A DNA stretch of 64,000 nucleotides from a virus. The DNA lies in the IMG/VR virus record IMGVR_UViG_3300010371_000036, positions 8,289 to 72,288 of that record, one strand, 5' to 3'. Of this stretch, positions 59,944 through 64,000 are shown piece by piece. Positions within the stretch are counted from its first letter, which is position 1. Each line of letters starts with the position of its first letter. A model generated the notes under the pieces. The model worked only from the letters and a program-made list of their open reading frames with translations, made no database searches and was not told where the DNA came from. A program made the translations under genes and the position numbers.

Positions 59944-62160
59944 CTAGCCGGAACGGGCGGACGAGCCGATCGGGTGCGCCGGCTGCCCGGCCGTGACGGG
60001 CGGGATCGACTTGACGCCCCCGCTCGCCTTCTTCGTCGCCGCGTCGAGCTCCTGGAGAGACTTCGTCACGTCGGCGAGCTGCTTCTTCAGGTTCACGAAG
60101 AACGGGTCGCTTTCGGGGAGGATCGCGTTCAGCGCGGTGCCGACGTACGGCACGTCACTGAGGCTCCCGGCGGGCCCCTGCGCGACCTTCTCCTTCAGCT
60201 CCGACTGCTTCTGAACGAGCCGCGAACGCCGCTGCTGGACGGCGAGGTCCGACGCCTCGACCTTCCCGCTCGCGATCGCCGCGACGTCACCCTCGGCGCC
60301 GGAGGTCAGGCGGGAGGTCTCCTTCTCCCCGGTCCCGCCCATGAGGAGCGAGCCTACGATGAGTGACGCCGTCGCGATGTTCAGACCCGCGAGGAGCTTG
60401 TCGTTGAGGCTCCCGGCGAGCGTCTTCGTGAGGACCGCCTTCAGCCCCTCGCCGATCTGCGCCTGGGCTACGTCGGCCGTAACCTTCGTGAGGAGCGCGA
60501 GACCGGCGCCCTTCAGCGGGTTCTCGATGAGGAACTCGGCGAGCTTCCCGACCGCCGAGATGAGGGTATCGATCTGCTTCTCGACCTCCGGGTCGGAGAG
60601 CTTCTTCGCGAAGCTCGCGAGCGCCGGCGCCATCGCGTTGTCCATCTGCGTCGCGATCGCGTTGATCGCCGTCTCGAGCTTCTTCCCCGGCGACTCCATC
60701 ACCTGGGCAAACTGCTCGTCGAGCTCCCCGGCGTTCCCTCGCACGTTGAGCATCGGAGCCATCTCCTTCCGGATCGCCTCGATGCCCTTCTGCCCGCCGC
60801 CGGCCTCGTTGAAGAGCGGCGCCAGGCGGTCGAACGCCTTCGAGCCGCGCTGACCGAAGATGTGCGTCAGCTCCCCGAGGTTCCCGCCCGTCCCGAGGAG
60901 CGCGGCCTCGATGAGCTGCTCCGGACCCCCCTTGATCTGCCCGGTCTTCGCGTCGACCGCGTTCCGGAGCCACTGCGGCGCCGTCGACTTCGCGGCCTTC
61001 CCGACGGCCTCGACGCCGAGGTCCTTCACGGCGACCATCGCCTCCTCGGCGCTCGTCCCCTCCGTCCGCGTCACCTGGGCGAGCGCGAGGAGCTTCCGCT
61101 GATTCTCCGTGACCGACCCCTGGTAGAGACCGCGGGTCGAGCCGAGACCGCCGGCGAGCGAGGCGAGGTCCTTGATCTCGACGGCGCCCGCCTTCCCCTG
61201 CGCCATGAGGTCGAGCATCATCTGCTGCATCTCCTTCGGCCCGAGGTTCTTGTTCTGGGCCTGAAGGATCCCGGCCGCGCCGGTGATGTCCTTGAAGGAG
61301 GAGCCAGACGCCGTCGCCATCTTCGCGAAGAAGTCCGCGTTCGCCATCGCGTTCCCGAACTGGTCGGCGCCCGCGAGCGCGACGTAGTTCTGGACCCCCT
61401 CGATGAGCTCCGACCGCTTGACGTCCCGCTTGACCGAGACCCCCGAGAGCTGCCCGAGGATGTTCTCCCGGTTCGCGCCCGCGGCGACGACGCCGTTCTG
61501 GGTCGCCGAGTTGATGAGGAGCCCGACGGCGCGCTCGTCGTCTCCCTCCTGCCGGATCGCCTTCGCGAACTCGAACCCGCCGGCGAGCGCCGCGGCGCCC
61601 CCGGCCATCGAGGCGACGCTCTTCACGGCGCTCCCGAACCCGGTGAGGCCCTTGCCGACCGCCTTGCCGATCCCGGAGACGCGCCGGTTCTCGGCCCGCT
61701 CCTCCTCGCGGAAGACGTCGCTCTGGATCTTCGCCATGTGGCGGTTGATCCGCTCGCCCTCGCGCGCCGCGCGCTCGGCGGCGCGGATCTTCACCCGGAG
61801 CTTCTGTTCCTCGAGGCGTTCGACCTCGCGGGCCTCCTCCTTCGCGGCGCGGAGGACGTCGCGCGACGCGCTGTCCGCCGCCTTCTTCTCGGCGGCCGCC
61901 CGCTTCGCCGCCTCGCGCTCGGCGACCTTGCTCTTCTGGAGCTCCGCCTTCTCCGCCTCCTTCTCGGCGCGGAGCGCGAGCCGCTCCTTCTCCCGCGCCT
62001 CCTTCTCGGCGGTCGTGACCCGCGCCCGCGACCCGCGCTGGGAGGCGCCGCTCATCTCGTCCTCGAACTTCCGCGCCCGCGCCGCCGTCGACTCGAAGGC
62101 GGCGTTCACCTCCGGCATGCCGGCGGTCGCGAAGCGGATGACGATCGGGTCGATGGGCAT
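59944..62160 (-). CDS. tape measure protein
   Basis: Ala/Gly-rich helical 738 aa with GKAGAVEIKDLA; follows the chaperone. Confidence 0.85.
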   Translation of the reverse strand: MPIDPIVIRFATAGMPEVNAAFESTAARARKFEDEMSGASQRGSRARVTTAEKEAREKERLALRAEKEAEKAELQKSKVAEREAAKRAAAEKKAADSASRDVLRAAKEEAREVERLEEQKLRVKIRAAERAAREGERINRHMAKIQSDVFREEERAENRRVSGIGKAVGKGLTGFGSAVKSVASMAGGAAALAGGFEFAKAIRQEGDDERAVGLLINSATQNGVVAAGANRENILGQLSGVSVKRDVKRSELIEGVQNYVALAGADQFGNAMANADFFAKMATASGSSFKDITGAAGILQAQNKNLGPKEMQQMMLDLMAQGKAGAVEIKDLASLAGGLGSTRGLYQGSVTENQRKLLALAQVTRTEGTSAEEAMVAVKDLGVEAVGKAAKSTAPQWLRNAVDAKTGQIKGGPEQLIEAALLGTGGNLGELTHIFGQRGSKAFDRLAPLFNEAGGGQKGIEAIRKEMAPMLNVRGNAGELDEQFAQVMESPGKKLETAINAIATQMDNAMAPALASFAKKLSDPEVEKQIDTLISAVGKLAEFLIENPLKGAGLALLTKVTADVAQAQIGEGLKAVLTKTLAGSLNDKLLAGLNIATASLIVGSLLMGGTGEKETSRLTSGAEGDVAAIASGKVEASDLAVQQRRSRLVQKQSELKEKVAQGPAGSLSDVPYVGTALNAILPESDPFFVNLKKQLADVTKSLQELDAATKKASGGVKSIPPVTAGQPAHPIGSSARSG

Positions 62161-62179
62161 GGGCGGGGGTCCCCCCGGG

Positions 62180-62231
62180 AAACAGAAAAAGGCCGCCGAG
62201 CCGCGCGTGGGGAGGCGCGAGCTCGACGGCC
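62180..62231 (-). terminator. intrinsic terminator-like hairpin before tape measure gene
   Basis: Minus strand GGCCGTCGAGC...GCTCGGCGGCC-TTTTCTGTTT. Confidence 0.6.
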
Positions 62232-62270
62232 CTCTCGTGCGGCGGTTCGCTCAGCGCCCCCGCGGGGACG

Positions 62271-62945
62271 TCACTCGCTTCGGTCGGTTTCGGAGCTCGG
62301 GGTAGAGGGCTCGCCGGCAGCCGGCCCAGAAGAGGTAGTGACAGTCGAGGAGTCCCGCTTTCGGGTCCTGACCGCGTACATCAAGAGGTCCATCAGCGCT
62401 TCCCCAGTGAAGCGCGATAAAGGGAACCGGCTGACGCCGCGCTCGAGGACCTCGATCCACGCCTCCATCTCGTCGGGCGTGAGCTCGGAGATGACCGGCC
62501 CGATCTCCTTCCGGAAGATCGAGTAGGCCGAGAGGACGATCCCCGCCTCGTCGTCGGTGAGGTTCTCGCGGACCTCCGCGAGCGTCTGAAAGACCGGGAA
62601 CTCCGGCGAGTCGGGCTGCCGCGTCGCGAGGTGGATGGTCCCGAGCGCCCGCTGGTCGTCGTAGACCTCCTCGTAGGCGACCGACCCCTTCGAGTCGGGG
62701 CCGAGGAGCGCGATCGTCGCCTTGTGCGCGTTCGCCTTGACGCTGAGGAGCTCCCCGGACGAGAGGACGTGAAAGACGACCGTCCCGACCTCGACGCCCT
62801 TCGCCCGGAGGACGTGGGGCGCGCTCACCGGCCGCGGGAGCTGAGAGAGCTTCGCGACGAGCGCGACCGGGTCCTCGCCCTTCGGCGGCCCGTTCCCCGC
62901 CGGCGCGGCGGGCGCGGGGCGGTCGGGGAGCTTGCCGGTGATCAC
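62271..62945 (-). CDS. tail assembly chaperone
   Basis: Position between tube and tape measure genes. Confidence 0.6.
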   Translation of the reverse strand: MITGKLPDRPAPAAPAGNGPPKGEDPVALVAKLSQLPRPVSAPHVLRAKGVEVGTVVFHVLSSGELLSVKANAHKATIALLGPDSKGSVAYEEVYDDQRALGTIHLATRQPDSPEFPVFQTLAEVRENLTDDEAGIVLSAYSIFRKEIGPVISELTPDEMEAWIEVLERGVSRFPLSRFTGEALMDLLMYAVRTRKRDSSTVTTSSGPAAGEPSTPSSETDRSE

Positions 62946-63319
62946 TTGAACTGCTTCAGCGACAGGATGCAGCGGAAGGAGTAGCGCGCCTGCTGATTCA
63001 CGCCGTGCCGACCGCTGTCCTGGATGATGAAGGCGTCGCCCTTCATCGCCTTGCCGCCCGGCCCGATCACCTGGACGGGGATGGGCGTGAGCGAGTCGAT
63101 GTACGGCCCGGCGTCGAACTCGAAGCCGCCCTGGGGCATCGCGCTGTTGATGTCGACCTCGGTCATCGAGGCGCCCGGCGAGAGCCCCGCGAAGCCCTTG
63201 AGGACCGTGGCGACCTGCTGGGCGTTCGCGGTGCGCGACCAGTCGATCTCCTGCTCCTCCGCGAGCAGGGTCCCGCCGACGACCGCGAGGAGGATGGAGT
63301 AAAGCTGAGAGTTCGCCAC
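62942..63319 (-). CDS. tail tube protein
   Basis: 125 aa, KGFAGLSPG; follows the sheath gene. Confidence 0.65.
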   Translation of the reverse strand: MANSQLYSILLAVVGGTLLAEEQEIDWSRTANAQQVATVLKGFAGLSPGASMTEVDINSAMPQGGFEFDAGPYIDSLTPIPVQVIGPGGKAMKGDAFIIQDSGRHGVNQQARYSFRCILSLKQFK

Positions 63320-63370
63320 GGCTGGGGGTTTCCTTCTTCGGCGAGGAGGGGGTTCGCGAGGGCTGCGGGG

Positions 63371-64000
63371 CTAGCCGACCTGATTCGCGACGATCGCGAA
63401 CTGGTCGGCGATGTCCGCGGTGACGAGGTCGAAGCTCGCGCTCATCCGGTTGCGCGGCGGGTTCTCGCGCTGGACGATCGCGTTCGCGTTGGTGACGTCC
63501 GTGTTCTGGAGGAGCCCCGCGAGACCGACCTTCTCGGTGTAGTCCTTCAGCGCGTTGCCCCAGATGTCCTTGTTCGTCGCGAAGACGTTCGGCGGGTTCC
63601 CCTGCGCCGGCGTCTGCCCGGCCGGGGGCGCGTCGAGGAGGTCCTTCCCCCCGAAGTTCTGATTCGTCAGGGCGGCGACGCCCATGGCCCAGGCGTCCAT
63701 GATGGCCGGCTTGTGCCCGTCGCGGCAGCCGTAGTTCGGCTGGCCGCCGACGAGGCTGAGGGTCGTGACCCGCTTCGCGAGCTGGAGCGTCCCGTCCTGG
63801 AGGATCATGTACGGCGTGAGGCCGTTGTTCAGCGCCGAGGTCTCCTGGACCTGCGTCGGCCCGGCCGAGGGGCCGTTCCCGGAGGCGACGAGGGGCCAGT
63901 ACGCGGCGTCGTCGAAGTCCGGGTTCGTCGACGGGTAGCGGGAGAAGTTCAGGCGGCCGACGAGGCGGTAACCCGTGTTCCCCGACTGCTCGAAGAAGGA
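63371..64000 (-). CDS. tail sheath protein, C-terminal part (starts outside window)
   Basis: ETSALNNGLTPY...RVTT...VQRENPPRNRM pattern of Mu gpL-like sheaths. Confidence 0.7.
   Translation of the reverse strand, partial: SFFEQSGNTGYRLVGRLNFSRYPSTNPDFDDAAYWPLVASGNGPSAGPTQVQETSALNNGLTPYMILQDGTLQLAKRVTTLSLVGGQPNYGCRDGHKPAIMDAWAMGVAALTNQNFGGKDLLDAPPAGQTPAQGNPPNVFATNKDIWGNALKDYTEKVGLAGLLQNTDVTNANAIVQRENPPRNRMSASFDLVTADIADQFAIVANQVG

Noticed and set aside
612-62526. Many long plus-strand and alternate-frame ORFs in the track (e.g. 2269..4005, 19432..22461, 47326..49941, 53494..55848)
   Set aside because: They are Arg/Pro/Gly-rich shadow frames expected at this GC content, and they overlap motif-bearing minus-strand genes.
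1-64000. Very high density of CTCGAG/GTCGAC/TCGA sites
   Set aside because: Explained by CTC/GTC followed by GAG/GAC codon preference. A codon-controlled k-mer analysis would be needed to claim any link to the MTase target.
54049-64000. Mu-like transposable phage, tailocin or T6SS
   Set aside because: The tail module is Mu-like, but no transposase is seen and the window carries its own polymerase, primase and helicases, which fits an autonomous myovirus-type phage.
1-64000. tRNA or rRNA genes
   Set aside because: No cloverleaf or rRNA-like segment was recognised by eye; tRNAscan-SE/Infernal would be decisive.

Overview
This window is about 64 kb of a very GC-rich tailed-phage genome (or prophage), almost entirely encoded on the minus strand. 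The host is probably a myxobacterium (inferred from GC content and a Myxococcota-type Cys-rich sigma70-region-4 protein). The left ~38.5 kb holds DNA modification, recombination and replication genes: MT-A70 MTase, RuvC, SbcC/SbcD, a UDG-like protein, RecA, an SSB-like protein, family-B DNA polymerase, a sigma-like factor, intein-containing UvrD and SF2 helicases, DnaG, DnaB and many small ORFs. A hairpin-rich strand-switch region and a short plus-strand operon follow, then lysis, tail fibre and Mu-like contractile tail/baseplate genes. No terminase, capsid or integrase is visible. The main finding is a coupled operon at 4152-8172: ParB-like protein, chorismate mutase, a C5-cytosine MTase whose motif-X Asn is replaced by Arg, an AsnB-like amidotransferase and CmoA. 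It reads as a self-contained pathway chorismate -> prephenate -> carboxy-SAM -> 5-carboxymethylcytosine -> probably amidated 5-carbamoylmethylcytosine in phage DNA. Also notable are 13 dispersed copies of a 22-bp palindrome (six inside genes, read in all three frames), four sigma70-like promoters overlapped by a 20-bp operator-like palindrome, and a CGCGGCA motif just upstream of about 15 start codons. All protein calls come from motif recognition by eye, not from database searches.
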